Shown: positions 1-12,551, numbered from the stretch's first letter. The stretch: 64,000 bases of DNA from an uncultured delta proteobacterium (GCA_963696385.1 CAVOKF010000007.1:448001-512000); one strand, 5' to 3'. Program-made: numbers and translations. The notes: a model not told the origin generated them from the sequence alone.

Positions 1-485
1 CGCGTCTCGAAGGCTCGCCGCGCCGACCCCACCCGTCGCGAATCGGGCCGCGCCGACCGGGAATTCGTGCCGGCCGCTGAACCTGTCGCTGTACGGGTCG
101 AATGGACTCGTCACTTCGGGAGAGAAGTCGCCGGCCTGAGGGAGAGATCAATCGTTTCCCATGGGTGGCCCTTGGACCGTCGGGGGAGCCGGCGCGGACC
201 CGGCTCGCGCTGTCTGCACGGAAACTCTAGAAGGCCCCGCTCGTGGTGTCGAGTGGGGTCTCCGGGGCGGCACGGCGAGAGGGGCGACCCGTTCGCCGCC
301 CACGACAGCGTGGCAACGCTCCGCTGCGCTCAGCGCCCGCCTACGCGATCGTCGGCCCTACGCGGACGCGGGACGCCGAGGAGACGCCAGCGGCGGACGT
401 CGAGGAGCCCCAGGCCCGAGGACGAGTCCAGACCCTCGGGGCATCGGCTCCGCATCGCGACGCGGAGCCTCTGCCCGATCCGCCG

Positions 486-857
486 CTACGGCCCCTTCCC
501 CGGGTCGAACATCGGGCGCACCTCGGACTCGCCTTCGAACTCCGGCCAGTGCTTGCGGTGGAGCTCCATGAACTCGGTCGCGAGGCGAATCGCCTCGGCC
601 TTCGAGTCCGTTTCGAGGATCGCCCAGCCGCCGATGACCTCCTTCATCTCGGTGAACGGGCCGTCGGTCACTGTGAGCTTGCCGCCAGCGAGACGGATGC
701 GAACGCCCTCCTTGCTGGGCAGGAGCCCGCCCGTCTCGACGAGGGTCCCGTCCTTCAATGACTTCTGGACGAACTGGCCCATCGCCTCCATGAGCGCGCG
801 GGGCGGCCCGGCCTGGCGATACGACTCCGGGTGGCGAATGAACGTCAGGTATTTCAC
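486..857 (-). CDS. YciI/DGPF-domain protein
   Basis: Motif VTDGPFTEMKEVIGGWAIL..EVRP; RBS gaaggag upstream of GTG. Confidence 0.9.
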   Translation of the reverse strand: MKYLTFIRHPESYRQAGPPRALMEAMGQFVQKSLKDGTLVETGGLLPSKEGVRIRLAGGKLTVTDGPFTEMKEVIGGWAILETDSKAEAIRLATEFMELHRKHWPEFEGESEVRPMFDPGKGP

Positions 858-869
858 GGTTTCTCTCCT

Positions 870-960
870 TCAGGTGCCTCTGCAGGCGCGATCGAGCGTC
901 GCGATGTCCAGCTTGACCATTTTGAGCATCGCGTCGGTGACCCTCTTCGTGCGGGTCGCA
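870..960 (-). pseudogene. C-terminal remnant of a VOC/PhnB-like protein
   Basis: Manual translation RTKRVTDAMLKMVKLDIATLDRACRGT* matches the typical PhnB-family C-terminus; no 5' part present. Confidence 0.6.
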
Positions 961-977
961 GGCACTTTCGATCCAAG

Positions 978-1004
978 GACGAACGAGCGGGCACGGAGCC
1001 GACA
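978..1004 (-). promoter_or_regulatory. ECF42-type promoter TGTCGG-N17-CGTC
   Basis: Minus strand tgtcgg ctccgtgcccgctcgtt cgtc, upstream of VOC remnant and DGPF gene. Confidence 0.55.
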
Positions 1005-1031
1005 AGCCGCAACGTTTTTCTCGCTGGACCC

Positions 1032-1150
1032 CTACCCCGCCTCCTTGTCTTGCGTAAGCCGGTCGATCTGCAGCCGGATGTGCGCCGCCTCCGTCCGGCG
1101 ACTTCGCGAGGGCGAGCGCGCGATCGAACGCCTCGCGCGCCTCGTCGCGT
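1032..1150 (-). pseudogene. C-terminal remnant of a TPR-extended ECF sigma factor (ECF42-like)
   Basis: DEAREAFDRALALAKSP / frameshift / TEAAHIRLQIDRL*; next to a DGPF gene as in ECF42 loci. Confidence 0.55.
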
Positions 1151-1459
1151 CAGCGGGCGTGCCCGACGCCGCAAAGAACAAGATCATGCACCGGACCTGC
1201 CCCGCGCACGGCTTCCGACGACTGGACTCCCACCCCGACCCTCGACCGGACCCCGCGACCGCGATCGAGCGGCCATGCACGCGCCTTGTCCGCGGGAAAC
1301 GTTCACGGTCGCGTCGTGAGCGCAAGAAGAGCCGCATACTCGACGCGTTTGCGCGGACCGAAACCGAAAAGCAGATCGAGTGTCCTGCGGATGCGATCAC
1401 GCCTGTGCGAGCGGCCCTGAGGCCGCTCGCGCTCGGTCTTCGACGGCCTGCCCTCGGGC

Positions 1460-3688
<2,229 letters not shown>

Positions 3689-3704
3689 CTACCGCCGCGA
3701 CCAC

Positions 3705-3751
3705 GATACATCCAATTGATTGATTGGATGGTATCGATAGGATGGAACTAT
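3705..3751. promoter_or_regulatory. OxyR-type operator between katG and oxyR
   Basis: attg-N7-ggat-N7-ATAG-N7-CTAT (3715-3751) overlapping palindrome gatacatccaat...attggatggtatc. Confidence 0.7.
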
Positions 3752-4778
3752 GATCGCGATGAGCGCCGCGCCACACCCGTTCACGCTCCGTCAGCTGCAG
3801 TACATCGTCGCCGTCGCGGAGCAGCTGTCTTTTCGACGCGGCGCGGCGGCGTGCCACGTCTCGCAGCCGTCGCTCAGCGCGCAGCTTGCGCAGGTCGAGG
3901 GCTCGCTCGGCGTGCGCCTCTTCGAGAGGGCGCACAAGCGCGTTCTCGTCACGGTGGCCGGTCGTGAATTCGTCGAGCGCGCGAAGCGCCTGATCCTCGA
4001 GGCCGACGAGATCGTGCGGGCCGCGCAGCGCGTCGCCGATCCGCTCTCGGGGACGATTCGGCTCGGCGTCATTCCGACGATTTCTCCGTATCTGCTTCCG
4101 TCGGTCACGCCGGCGCTCCGGCGGAAGCTACCGAAGCTACGCATCGCGTGGGTCGAAGACAAGACGGACGCGCTGGTCCAGAAGCTCGGGTCTGGCGAAA
4201 TCGAAGGCGCGGTCGTGACGCTCGAGGCGGCCATCGGCGACGTCATGCGGGAGATCGTCGCCCCCGATCCGTTCGTCCTCGTCACGCGGCCGGAGCACCC
4301 GCTCGCGGCGAGAAGAGGGCCGGTCACGGAGGCGGAGCTTCGAGGCGAAGAGCTTCTCCTGCTCGACGAGGGGCACTGCTTTCGCGATCAGGCGCTCGAG
4401 GCGTGCGCAACGGCGCGGGTGCGCGAGGGGGAATTTCGCGCGACGAGCCTCTCGACGCTGGTGCAGATGGTCCTCGGAGGAGCGGGGATCACCTTGATCC
4501 CCGCGCTCGCGGTCGACGCCGAGGCGCGGCGCGCACGTCTCCACGTTCGCCCGCTCGCCGGTCGTGCTGCCCATCGGACCATCGCGGTGATTTGGCGCAA
4601 GGGATCGGCGCTCGAACCGGCGCTGCGAGAGATCGCGGCGGTGCTGCGCGCGGCATACCCGACTGCGGGGCCAAGCCGAGGCGTGCCCGCGCGACGCGCG
4701 CGACGGGGAGTGCGGTCTGGAGGCGCTCGCCAGCCGAGTGGCGGGAAAAGAGTGACGAGCGACGCTGGGAACCAATGA
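3750..4778 (+). CDS. oxyR: LysR-family H2O2-inducible activator OxyR
   Basis: LysR HTH (TLRQLQY..VSQPSLS), GHCFRDQALEAC redox Cys pair, RATSLSTL; divergent from katG; start may be 3759. Confidence 0.92.
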   Translation: MIAMSAAPHPFTLRQLQYIVAVAEQLSFRRGAAACHVSQPSLSAQLAQVEGSLGVRLFERAHKRVLVTVAGREFVERAKRLILEADEIVRAAQRVADPLSGTIRLGVIPTISPYLLPSVTPALRRKLPKLRIAWVEDKTDALVQKLGSGEIEGAVVTLEAAIGDVMREIVAPDPFVLVTRPEHPLAARRGPVTEAELRGEELLLLDEGHCFRDQALEACATARVREGEFRATSLSTLVQMVLGGAGITLIPALAVDAEARRARLHVRPLAGRAAHRTIAVIWRKGSALEPALREIAAVLRAAYPTAGPSRGVPARRARRGVRSGGARQPSGGKRVTSDAGNQ

Positions 4779-4801
4779 CAGGGGCCGCCATTATCCCAAC
4801 T

Positions 4802-5350
4802 ATGAAACCGATCCTGCGATTCCGCGACTTCCTGCTCAACCCTCCGCTCACGGCTCCTCGGTCCACCCTCTTCATGCGCCTGATGGCGGGAGGCGTCTTC
4901 CTTTCCGAAGGCATCCTCAAGTTCGTCTATCCGAACCAGGGAGTCGGGCGCTTCACCAAGCTCGGCATTCCGATGCCCGGGTTCACGGCCACCTTCATCG
5001 GCGGTTTCGAGATCGTCGGCGGCATCCTCCTCATCGCAGGCCTCCTCACGCGCGTCATCGCGATTCCGTTCATCGTCGAGATGGTGGTCGCCATCCTCAC
5101 GACGAAGATTGGGCTCTATCTCGGAACGTCCCCGCTGCCGCTCCCGCCCGCGCCGCCCAAGATGGGCTTCTGGGCGGTGATGCACGAGACGCGCTCCGAC
5201 TACGCCCAGATTCTCACCTCGATCTTCCTGCTCGTCGTGGGTCCCGGCTCCTGGTCGCTCGACGCCCTGCTGCGCCGTCGCCGCGAGGCGCGGATCGCTC
5301 CGCAGCCCTCCGAAGAGCGCCCACTGCCTCAAGCCGACGCTGGCGTTTGA
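4802..5350 (+). CDS. DoxX family membrane protein
   Basis: RLMAGGVFLSEGILKF, GLLTR, GPGSWSLDA motifs; start chosen at ATG 4802. Confidence 0.88.
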   Translation: MKPILRFRDFLLNPPLTAPRSTLFMRLMAGGVFLSEGILKFVYPNQGVGRFTKLGIPMPGFTATFIGGFEIVGGILLIAGLLTRVIAIPFIVEMVVAILTTKIGLYLGTSPLPLPPAPPKMGFWAVMHETRSDYAQILTSIFLLVVGPGSWSLDALLRRRREARIAPQPSEERPLPQADAGV

Positions 5351-5460
5351 TGTTCGCGCGCCCCGGCGCCTGGAGGGATGGCAAGGTGGTATCCTGAAGG
5401 CCCGTCAAGCACGACGTTGCAGTCATCGAGCCTCGGCCGAAACCTGCGAGGAGATACCTC

Positions 5461-6420
5461 ATGAAAACGATGAAGGCCCTTCGTTTCGAAAAATACGGGC
5501 CGCCCTCTGTTCTCACGCTTCAAGAACTCGGAGTGCCCGATCTACGTCCCGGTCAAGCGCTGGTCGAGGTGCACGCCTCGGCGGTCAATCCGAGCGACGT
5601 AAAAAACGTCGCGGGAGCGTTCCACTCTCCGTTGGCGCGCGTGCCGGGGCGCGACTATGCGGGGGTGGTTGCCATCGGCGAGGGGTGGACGGGCAAGGAC
5701 GTCTGGGGAACTGGCCCGGGGCTGGGCGCGACCCGAGACGGAACGCACGCCCAATACGTGATCGTGGACTTGGATTCGCTCTCCGAGAAACCGGCACAGC
5801 TTTCGATGTCCGAAGCGGCTGCCGTCGGCATTCCGTTTCTCACCGCATGGGCGTCGCTGGTCGACGTTGCCCAGATCCAAGCCGGAGAAACTCTCTTGGT
5901 CACCGGCGCGGCGGGAGCGGTCGGCCAAGCGGCCATCCAAATTGCGCATTGGAAGGGAGTGCGAGTGATGGGTGCCGATATCTCGGACAACCCGTCCGAC
6001 GCAGACGCCTACGTCAACGCGAAAAGCAAGGATCTGACCGTCGAAGCCAGAGCGTGGACGACGGGACAGGGCGTCGACCTCGTGCTCGACTGCGTCGGAG
6101 GCCCCATGTTCGAGTCGTGCGTGAAGTCGCTGCGGACGGGCGGTCGCCAAGTGGCCATCACGAGCGTGGGGGATGGACGAGTCGCCTTCAACCTAAAGGA
6201 CTTCTATCATAATCGCCTGCACTTGATCGGGGTCGACTCCATGGCGTTCACCGGCCCGCAGATCGCGACGATCATGAACAGCCTGCGGGCGGGCTTCGAG
6301 GCCCGTCATTTGCGGCCGCCGTCCGTTCAGACCTGGTCCTTGGAGCGGGCTGTCGACGCCTATGCGGCGGTGCAGGCGGGAACGTCCGGCAAGAAGCATG
6401 TCCTTGTACCCACGCTCTAA
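5461..6420 (+). CDS. Zinc-binding ADH / quinone oxidoreductase (MDR family)
   Basis: ASAVNPSD, PGRDYAG, GAAGAVG Rossmann motif; RBS ggag. Confidence 0.92.
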   Translation: MKTMKALRFEKYGPPSVLTLQELGVPDLRPGQALVEVHASAVNPSDVKNVAGAFHSPLARVPGRDYAGVVAIGEGWTGKDVWGTGPGLGATRDGTHAQYVIVDLDSLSEKPAQLSMSEAAAVGIPFLTAWASLVDVAQIQAGETLLVTGAAGAVGQAAIQIAHWKGVRVMGADISDNPSDADAYVNAKSKDLTVEARAWTTGQGVDLVLDCVGGPMFESCVKSLRTGGRQVAITSVGDGRVAFNLKDFYHNRLHLIGVDSMAFTGPQIATIMNSLRAGFEARHLRPPSVQTWSLERAVDAYAAVQAGTSGKKHVLVPTL

Positions 6421-6585
6421 GTACACCGCCCCAGAAACAAAGGGATCAGCCGGGCGGTGTACTTTCAATCGCCGGGAGGCGATTGGGGGTTTGGGGCGAA
6501 GCCCCAAGGAAGTCAGCTCAGTACAGCGCCAGCCAGCAACGCAGGCGTCAGCGCAGCTGGGTACCGCTCAACGGGGCGCTGTACT
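6419..6585. repeat. Cluster of four inverted repeats (REP/MITE-like; first may be a terminator)
   Basis: aagtacaccgccc/gggcggtgtactt; aatcgcc/ggcgatt; ttggggc-gaa-gccccaa; agtacagcgcc/ggcgctgtact. Confidence 0.65.
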
Positions 6586-6608
6586 AAGTCATAAGCCGAG
6601 GAGGGCGC

Positions 6609-6866
6609 GTGATCGTAAAAATTCTCTGTGGAGTCGCTGTCGGTGTCCTGATCGGCATTGGATGCCGCTTCTTCGAGATCCCGCTTCCAGGGCCGCCCGC
6701 AATCCTAGGCGCGTTTCTAGCCGTCGCCATGGCGACCGGTTACACCGTGACGGACAAGGTCCTCTCGGCGAGGACGCGAGCCCGCGCCACGCTGGACCCT
6801 CTGCACGAATCGAACCTCGAAGCGCCAAGGGACTCTACGGAGGATTCCCCGCTGCGCGGCAGATGA
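6609..6866 (+). CDS. XapX/DUF1427 small membrane protein
   Basis: IGIGCRFFEIPLPGPPAILGAFLAVAMATGY. Confidence 0.8.
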   Translation: MIVKILCGVAVGVLIGIGCRFFEIPLPGPPAILGAFLAVAMATGYTVTDKVLSARTRARATLDPLHESNLEAPRDSTEDSPLRGR

Positions 6867-7002
6867 CAGTCCTCATCCCGATTTAGCCTAGTCCTCGACC
6901 CGTTGCGCGCAGCTCGTCATCGCCGCAGCCGACCGACCCAGTCACCTCTGCTCGCTGCAAGCGATGTGGGTGAGAAGCTCGCGGTCGGAAAACGGTCGGC
7001 CC

Positions 7003-8181
7003 TCAGATCGGGTAGCTCTCAAGCTCGATCCCGCGCGCGGCGCGCGTCGTCAGCACGTGGAGAATGCGCTCGAAAGGAGGCGACGCGAGTAGGCCATACA
7101 TCTCGTTTCGCATCCATCGCTGGGCGCGCGTAGGGGGGGCGTAGAAGGGGCCGACGTGCTTGACGCCGTTTTGGCACTTCGTGGCGTAGGGACGAAGTCG
7201 CTGCTCGTAGCGACGGAACGCGACCGCGTGGTCCTCCGCGGAAGCGAGCTCGCCGGCCAGAACGTAGGCGCCGACCACGGCGAGCCCCGTCCCTTGCCCG
7301 CCGATCGTCCCTCCATACGCCGCATCGCCGAGGAGCGCGATTCGCCCCGATGAATAGCGAGGAAGCTCGGCGCATGCGATCTCGTCGAAGTAGAGGTCCT
7401 TGGCCGCCGCGAGCGCCTCGAGCAAGCGGGGGACCTCCCAGCCGTCGCGCGCGAAGGTCTTCGCGACGATCGCCTTCTGCGCGGCCACGTCGCGACGGTC
7501 GTATTCGAGAGCGGGAGATCGAAATACGAACGTGGCGCGCGCCGGATCCGACGCGCCGGCGCTCGAGAGCGAGACGCCTCTGCCCGGCTGACTGTAGATG
7601 ATCCCTTCTCGGTCGAGGCCAAGCAGGTTCGGCGCCGTGAACCCGGCGACGTAGTGTCCACGAAAGCGAAGAAACTGCGCGTCGGGCCCGAACGCCAACG
7701 CGCGCACGATGGAGTGAAGACCGTCGGCGCCGACTACGAGGTCGAACGAGCGCGGGGCAGCGCGCTCGAAGCCGACATCGACGCGATCGGGTCGCTCGTG
7801 CAGCGCGGCGATCGAATCGCCGAACAGATACTCTGCGCGGTGTTCGGTCGCCTCGAAGAGCACGCGCACGAGATCCCCGCGCGCGATCTCGAGGTCGCCG
7901 CTCATGAACGACGCCGGCAAGCGCGCGACCACCTTGCCACGCTCGTCGACAAACGACTGCCCGCCCATCCGCGTCTCACGCTTCCTCAGCTCCGCGAGAA
8001 TGGCCATTCGCTCGATGACGGACATGTGAACCGCGCCACGGAAGTCGACCGCCTGGCCGCCGTCCCGGAGCGAGGGCGCACGCTCGACGACCGTGACTCG
8101 AATCCCCAGGCGAAGCAGCCACCACGCGAGCGCGGGACCGGCGATGCCGGCACCCGAGATCAGGACACTGTCGATCTTCAT
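7003..8181 (-). CDS. FAD-dependent monooxygenase
   Basis: ISGAGIAG, VGADGLHS, LLGDAAY motifs; start at ATG 8181. Confidence 0.93.
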   Translation of the reverse strand: MKIDSVLISGAGIAGPALAWWLLRLGIRVTVVERAPSLRDGGQAVDFRGAVHMSVIERMAILAELRKRETRMGGQSFVDERGKVVARLPASFMSGDLEIARGDLVRVLFEATEHRAEYLFGDSIAALHERPDRVDVGFERAAPRSFDLVVGADGLHSIVRALAFGPDAQFLRFRGHYVAGFTAPNLLGLDREGIIYSQPGRGVSLSSAGASDPARATFVFRSPALEYDRRDVAAQKAIVAKTFARDGWEVPRLLEALAAAKDLYFDEIACAELPRYSSGRIALLGDAAYGGTIGGQGTGLAVVGAYVLAGELASAEDHAVAFRRYEQRLRPYATKCQNGVKHVGPFYAPPTRAQRWMRNEMYGLLASPPFERILHVLTTRAARGIELESYPI

Positions 8182-8370
8182 CGTTGTTCTCCCGACGACC
8201 GCTGGTTCTTGGCCGTCGCGAGTACACTGTACGCATAGGTCGAGCCGATCAAGGCCGCCTCGCGACGAACGTACCGATTCTGTACTACGGCAGATTGGCG
8301 CGAATCCCACTCGAATGGCCGCCTCGGCTCCTGAACGCCGCGCTCGCTCCGCTTGCACGTCAGACGGCCA

Positions 8371-8386
8371 TCTGTACTAGTACAGA
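8371..8386. promoter_or_regulatory. Perfect 16-bp palindromic operator TCTGTACTAGTACAGA
   Basis: Abuts regulator start codon; related GTAC-based sites at about 8222-8232 and 8270-8289. Confidence 0.65.
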
Positions 8387-8387
8387 G

Positions 8388-9329
8388 ATGCCCGCCCCCG
8401 AGCGAGAGCCCGCCTACCTCCGCATCGCTTCCGACCTCCGCCGACGGATCCGCGACGGGTCGCTCCGCCCGGGACAGCGCGTTCCCTCGACGCGACGACT
8501 GGCCAAGTCCTGGAAGGTCGCGCTCGCAACCGCGAGCAAAGCGCTCGGACTGCTGGTCCAGGAGGGGCTCCTGCGGACCGCGCCGCGGGTCGGCAATGTC
8601 GTCACGGGTCCGGCGCTACGCGAGACCCGCGAGGGATCGAAGAACAGCCGGCCGCTGACGCGCGCGAGCATCGTCCAGGCCGCCATCGAGATGGCCGACC
8701 AGGAGGGGCTGAGCGCGCTCTCGATGCGTGGGGTGGCCGCGAAGATGGGGTGGCCGGTGACGTCGCTCTATCGGCACGTCGCGAAGAAAGAGGAGCTCTT
8801 GCATCTGATGGTCGACGCCGCGATGCGCGAGGAGCTCCACCCCCCGCCCCACGGGGACTGGCGCGCGCGGGTCCAGGTCGGGGCGCGCCTCGTCTGGCAG
8901 CTCGCCCGACGCCACCCTTGGTCCATACGGGTCATGACCCTCACGCGCCCGATCCCGAGCCCAGTCTCGCTCACCCATGCGGAGTGGATGCTCTCGGCCC
9001 TACGCGAAGCCGGCGCGGACGCCGTCACAGCCATGCAAATGCACGTGACGCTGTACGCCTACGTCCAGGGCCTCGCGACGAACCTCGAAAGCGAGGCCGA
9101 AGCGCAGGGCGAGACGGGCGTCGATGAAGAAGGCTGGATGCAATCGCGTGGACTGGAGTTCGCCGCGCTCGCGGCAACGGGGGCGTTTCCGACCTTCGCG
9201 CGGATCCTGGGGGAGCTCAGCGGGGGCTTCGATCTTGACCTCGATCGCCTCTTCGAGTTCGGGCTCGGCCTTCTCCTCGACGGTTTCGCGCGCGCGATGG
9301 CAAGCGGGACCCAGCCCGATCCACAGTGA
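8388..9329 (+). CDS. GntR-HTH / TetR fusion transcriptional regulator
   Basis: N-terminal GntR (YLRIASDLRRRI..PSTRRLA) plus TetR HTH (LSMRGVA..SLYRHV) and TetR_C (FEFGLGLLLDG). Confidence 0.9.
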   Translation: MPAPEREPAYLRIASDLRRRIRDGSLRPGQRVPSTRRLAKSWKVALATASKALGLLVQEGLLRTAPRVGNVVTGPALRETREGSKNSRPLTRASIVQAAIEMADQEGLSALSMRGVAAKMGWPVTSLYRHVAKKEELLHLMVDAAMREELHPPPHGDWRARVQVGARLVWQLARRHPWSIRVMTLTRPIPSPVSLTHAEWMLSALREAGADAVTAMQMHVTLYAYVQGLATNLESEAEAQGETGVDEEGWMQSRGLEFAALAATGAFPTFARILGELSGGFDLDLDRLFEFGLGLLLDGFARAMASGTQPDPQ

Positions 9330-9407
9330 CCGTGCTCGCAGCACGGTTACAGCCGTGCGAGCAGCGGGCGTACCCAGGCCTCTGATCGTGGGGGCCCCTT
9401 TTCGACC

Positions 9408-10457
9408 TCAGCGCGGTTGCTGCGCGAAGAATCGCCAGATCTCCGCCGGACCGTCGAAGTCACGATCGGTTCGACCCAGAATGCGCGGATAGCGGATGAA
9501 GCGCTGCGGCACGACGTGGCCGCCCCCGTGAATGGTGTCGAGCACGACCTGCTTGGCGCCCGGCGCGCCCCACGTCAAACGTTCTACCCAGAGCGAGGCG
9601 TCTCCGCCCGGGAGTCGCTCGACCACGGGGTCCGTCGCGAGCCCCCCCAGCTTGGCAAAATAGAGCGCGGTGTCGACGGACGACAGCACATAACCGCGGT
9701 CGGCGAAACCGAAGATGGTCTCGTGGCCGCCACCGTAGGGATCGATCGGATCGTCGGTGCCGTTCATGACCAGCACGGGGATCGCCTTTCCGTTCTCCCG
9801 GCAATCGTTGTTTTCGGGGACCGGCAGGCTTGCGCTGATCGGAGCGACGCCGGCGACCTCCCCGGCCATCTCCAGGGCAATCCGATAGCACATGGACCCG
9901 CCGTTGGAGTGGCCGGTCGCGAAGACGCGTCCGGAGTCGACGCCGAGCCGGGCGCGGAGCTTCGAGACGATCGCGCGAACAAAGCCGACATCGTCGATGT
10001 TCAGCGTACGCGCCGAGAACGACGCCGCCTTGCGGCAGTCGTTCCAATGGTGCTCGTAGCCATCGGGGTAGGCCACGACAAACCCGTTGGCGTCTGCGAC
10101 GCGATCGAAGGCGTAACCGGTCTGGCCGCGCAGTTGCTCACCGGTGCCGCCCGAACCGTGGAAAGCGATGAGGAGCGGCGGGGCGGGGGGCAAGGAGGCG
10201 GGAGCGTAATAGGCAAACGTTCGATCGCGGTCGCCGACACGCAACGTGTCGCGGGCCAAAGAGCCCGTCAGGGCAGGAGCAGGCGTTCGCGGTACATAGA
10301 GGTAACGATGATAGGCCACGGCGAGCAGCACGCCCACGAAGGCGAGGACACGCAGGAATCGAGGCAAGCGTCTGGCTCTCCTCGAGGCGAACGATGGCGC
10401 GAACACGCAGGCTTCAACGTATCTCGTCTTGAACCGCGCGGGGTCGTTGCTGAACAA
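9408..10457 (-). CDS. Secreted/anchored alpha/beta hydrolase (PHB depolymerase/LpqC-like esterase)
   Basis: AFHGSGG, VAYPDG, GHSNGG, NGTDD, GGGH; start uncertain. Confidence 0.85.
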   Translation of the reverse strand: MFSNDPARFKTRYVEACVFAPSFASRRARRLPRFLRVLAFVGVLLAVAYHRYLYVPRTPAPALTGSLARDTLRVGDRDRTFAYYAPASLPPAPPLLIAFHGSGGTGEQLRGQTGYAFDRVADANGFVVAYPDGYEHHWNDCRKAASFSARTLNIDDVGFVRAIVSKLRARLGVDSGRVFATGHSNGGSMCYRIALEMAGEVAGVAPISASLPVPENNDCRENGKAIPVLVMNGTDDPIDPYGGGHETIFGFADRGYVLSSVDTALYFAKLGGLATDPVVERLPGGDASLWVERLTWGAPGAKQVVLDTIHGGGHVVPQRFIRYPRILGRTDRDFDGPAEIWRFFAQQPR

Positions 10458-10584
10458 CCTGGTCGCCCATCGGCTCCGCTCTGGCTATTGGACTCGGCAT
10501 CCGGTGCCCCGAGAGCGGCTGCTTTTTCCGCACAGTACGCCATTTTCGTGCGTTGGTTTCGACATCACGCCGCGTTAGAGTCCC

Positions 10585-11529
10585 GTGCGTATGACGCTCG
10601 ACCTGGCGGCTTACTTCAGCCGTATCGGTTACCGAGGACCGCGCGCGCCGACCATCGAGGTCCTGAACGCCCTCACCTCGGCGCACGCCCAGGCCATCCC
10701 GTTCGAGAACCTCGACGTGCTCCTCGGACGCGGGATCGACCTCGCGCCCGAGGCAGTCTTCGACAAGATCGTCCGCCGACGACGAGGCGGCTATTGCTTC
10801 GAGCACAACGGGCTCTTTCTCGAGGTCCTCACCGCGCTCGGATTTGCCGTGCGCCCCCTGAGTGCGCGCGGACGCATCCTGCCTGCGCGCGACCAGACCC
10901 CGCCGCGCACGCACGTGCTCCTGGAGGTGCAGGTTGGCGGCGAGCGCTGGCTGACGGACGTCGGCGTGGGAGCCTTGTCGCTCACCTCCGCCATTCGCTT
11001 CGCGATCGACGAAGAGCAGCGTACGCCACACGAGCCGCGTCGGATCATCCGCGAGGCCGAACACTGGCTGCACCAGGCGCGCCTCGGCGACACGTGGACG
11101 GATGTCTACGAGTTCACCGGCGAGGAGATGCCGCTCATCGACCGTGAGGTCGGCAACTGGTACACGAGCGCACACCCGCGGTCTCACTTCCGAAACCTCC
11201 TCCTTGTGGCGCGCGCCGCCTCTGACGGCGGCCGCGTCACCCTGCGCGACGGGGAACTGAAGCGACGCGGTCGCGACGGCCGCGCCGAGACGCGGATTAT
11301 CGACTCACCTGAGGAGCTGCTCGCTGTCCTGAGAGCTGAGTTCGAATCTCGCGTTCCCGCCGGGAACCCGTTTCGGCGGGACCGGAGTGCCATCGCCCGT
11401 GTGAGATGGGCTCGCCTCGTCAGGATGAGAGCTGCGCCAGAATCCGCCGAGGCAAAATCGCCACAACTTGTTCCGCCTCCCCCAGTCGCAACAAACCATT
11501 GTCGACGAAAATGCAGGTCGAGGGGATGA
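10585..11529 (+). CDS. Arylamine N-acetyltransferase (possible frameshift near 11347; corrected stop 11404)
   Basis: IPFENLDV, RRGGYCFEHN, RTH, DVGVG catalytic triad. Confidence 0.9.
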   Translation: MRMTLDLAAYFSRIGYRGPRAPTIEVLNALTSAHAQAIPFENLDVLLGRGIDLAPEAVFDKIVRRRRGGYCFEHNGLFLEVLTALGFAVRPLSARGRILPARDQTPPRTHVLLEVQVGGERWLTDVGVGALSLTSAIRFAIDEEQRTPHEPRRIIREAEHWLHQARLGDTWTDVYEFTGEEMPLIDREVGNWYTSAHPRSHFRNLLLVARAASDGGRVTLRDGELKRRGRDGRAETRIIDSPEELLAVLRAEFESRVPAGNPFRRDRSAIARVRWARLVRMRAAPESAEAKSPQLVPPPPVATNHCRRKCRSRG

Positions 11530-11553
11530 GAACTGAAGGCCGGCTTCGCGCCT

Positions 11554-11985
11554 TCACGCGCGTGGCGGGATGGGCGCCTTCGTGCGCCGCCCCCACGCGA
11601 CGAAGAGCGCGAGCGCGATGAGCACGAAGTTGAACGGCGTATTCGCCGCCTCGCCGCGCGAGACGTGGAAGACAATCGCGCAACCCTGCAACGCGACGCA
11701 TCCCAGCGCGGCGAGCACCGTGAGCCCGGGCTTGATCCGAGTGATCGAGGGAAGCACGACGCCAAGGCCGCCGAGAATGTCGATCCCAGCGGTGGCGTAC
11801 AAGAAGATCGGGGACACTTGCCCCATCCACGGCATTTTCGACGCGAGCTCGGGGACCGGCGTGGCCAGCTTCCAGAGCCCGCCGCCAACGAACGTGAGCG
11901 CCAGAAGGCCCTGGACGATCCACAAGCCGACGTGGAGGCCCTTGCCCGGCGGATGCTTGGGTTCCCGTTTCGGGATGTCGGTCAT
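11554..11985 (-). CDS. DoxX-like membrane protein
   Basis: LWIVQGLLALTFVGGGLWKL..LGGLGVVLP..AWGR. Confidence 0.88.
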   Translation of the reverse strand: MTDIPKREPKHPPGKGLHVGLWIVQGLLALTFVGGGLWKLATPVPELASKMPWMGQVSPIFLYATAGIDILGGLGVVLPSITRIKPGLTVLAALGCVALQGCAIVFHVSRGEAANTPFNFVLIALALFVAWGRRTKAPIPPRA

Positions 11986-12057
11986 CGTGCTTCCTCTCGC
12001 GTGCCTAGCTCGGTCGGAGCGCGGACGCTCCTTTCCGAATCGACCGGAACGTCGGAT

Positions 12058-12450
<393 letters not shown>

Positions 12451-12524
12451 TTGCAGCCTCCTGTGAGCGACGAACCCCTTCGGCGCGGTTCGCAGCCGCC
12501 CCGATGGTTTCCGTTTTGCCTACT

Positions 12525-12551
12525 GACGTTTTAGCGGGAAGGAACGTGACG
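12525..12551 (-). promoter_or_regulatory. ECF41-type promoter for the VOC-DoxX operon
   Basis: CGTCACG-N16-CGTC on minus strand. Confidence 0.7.
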
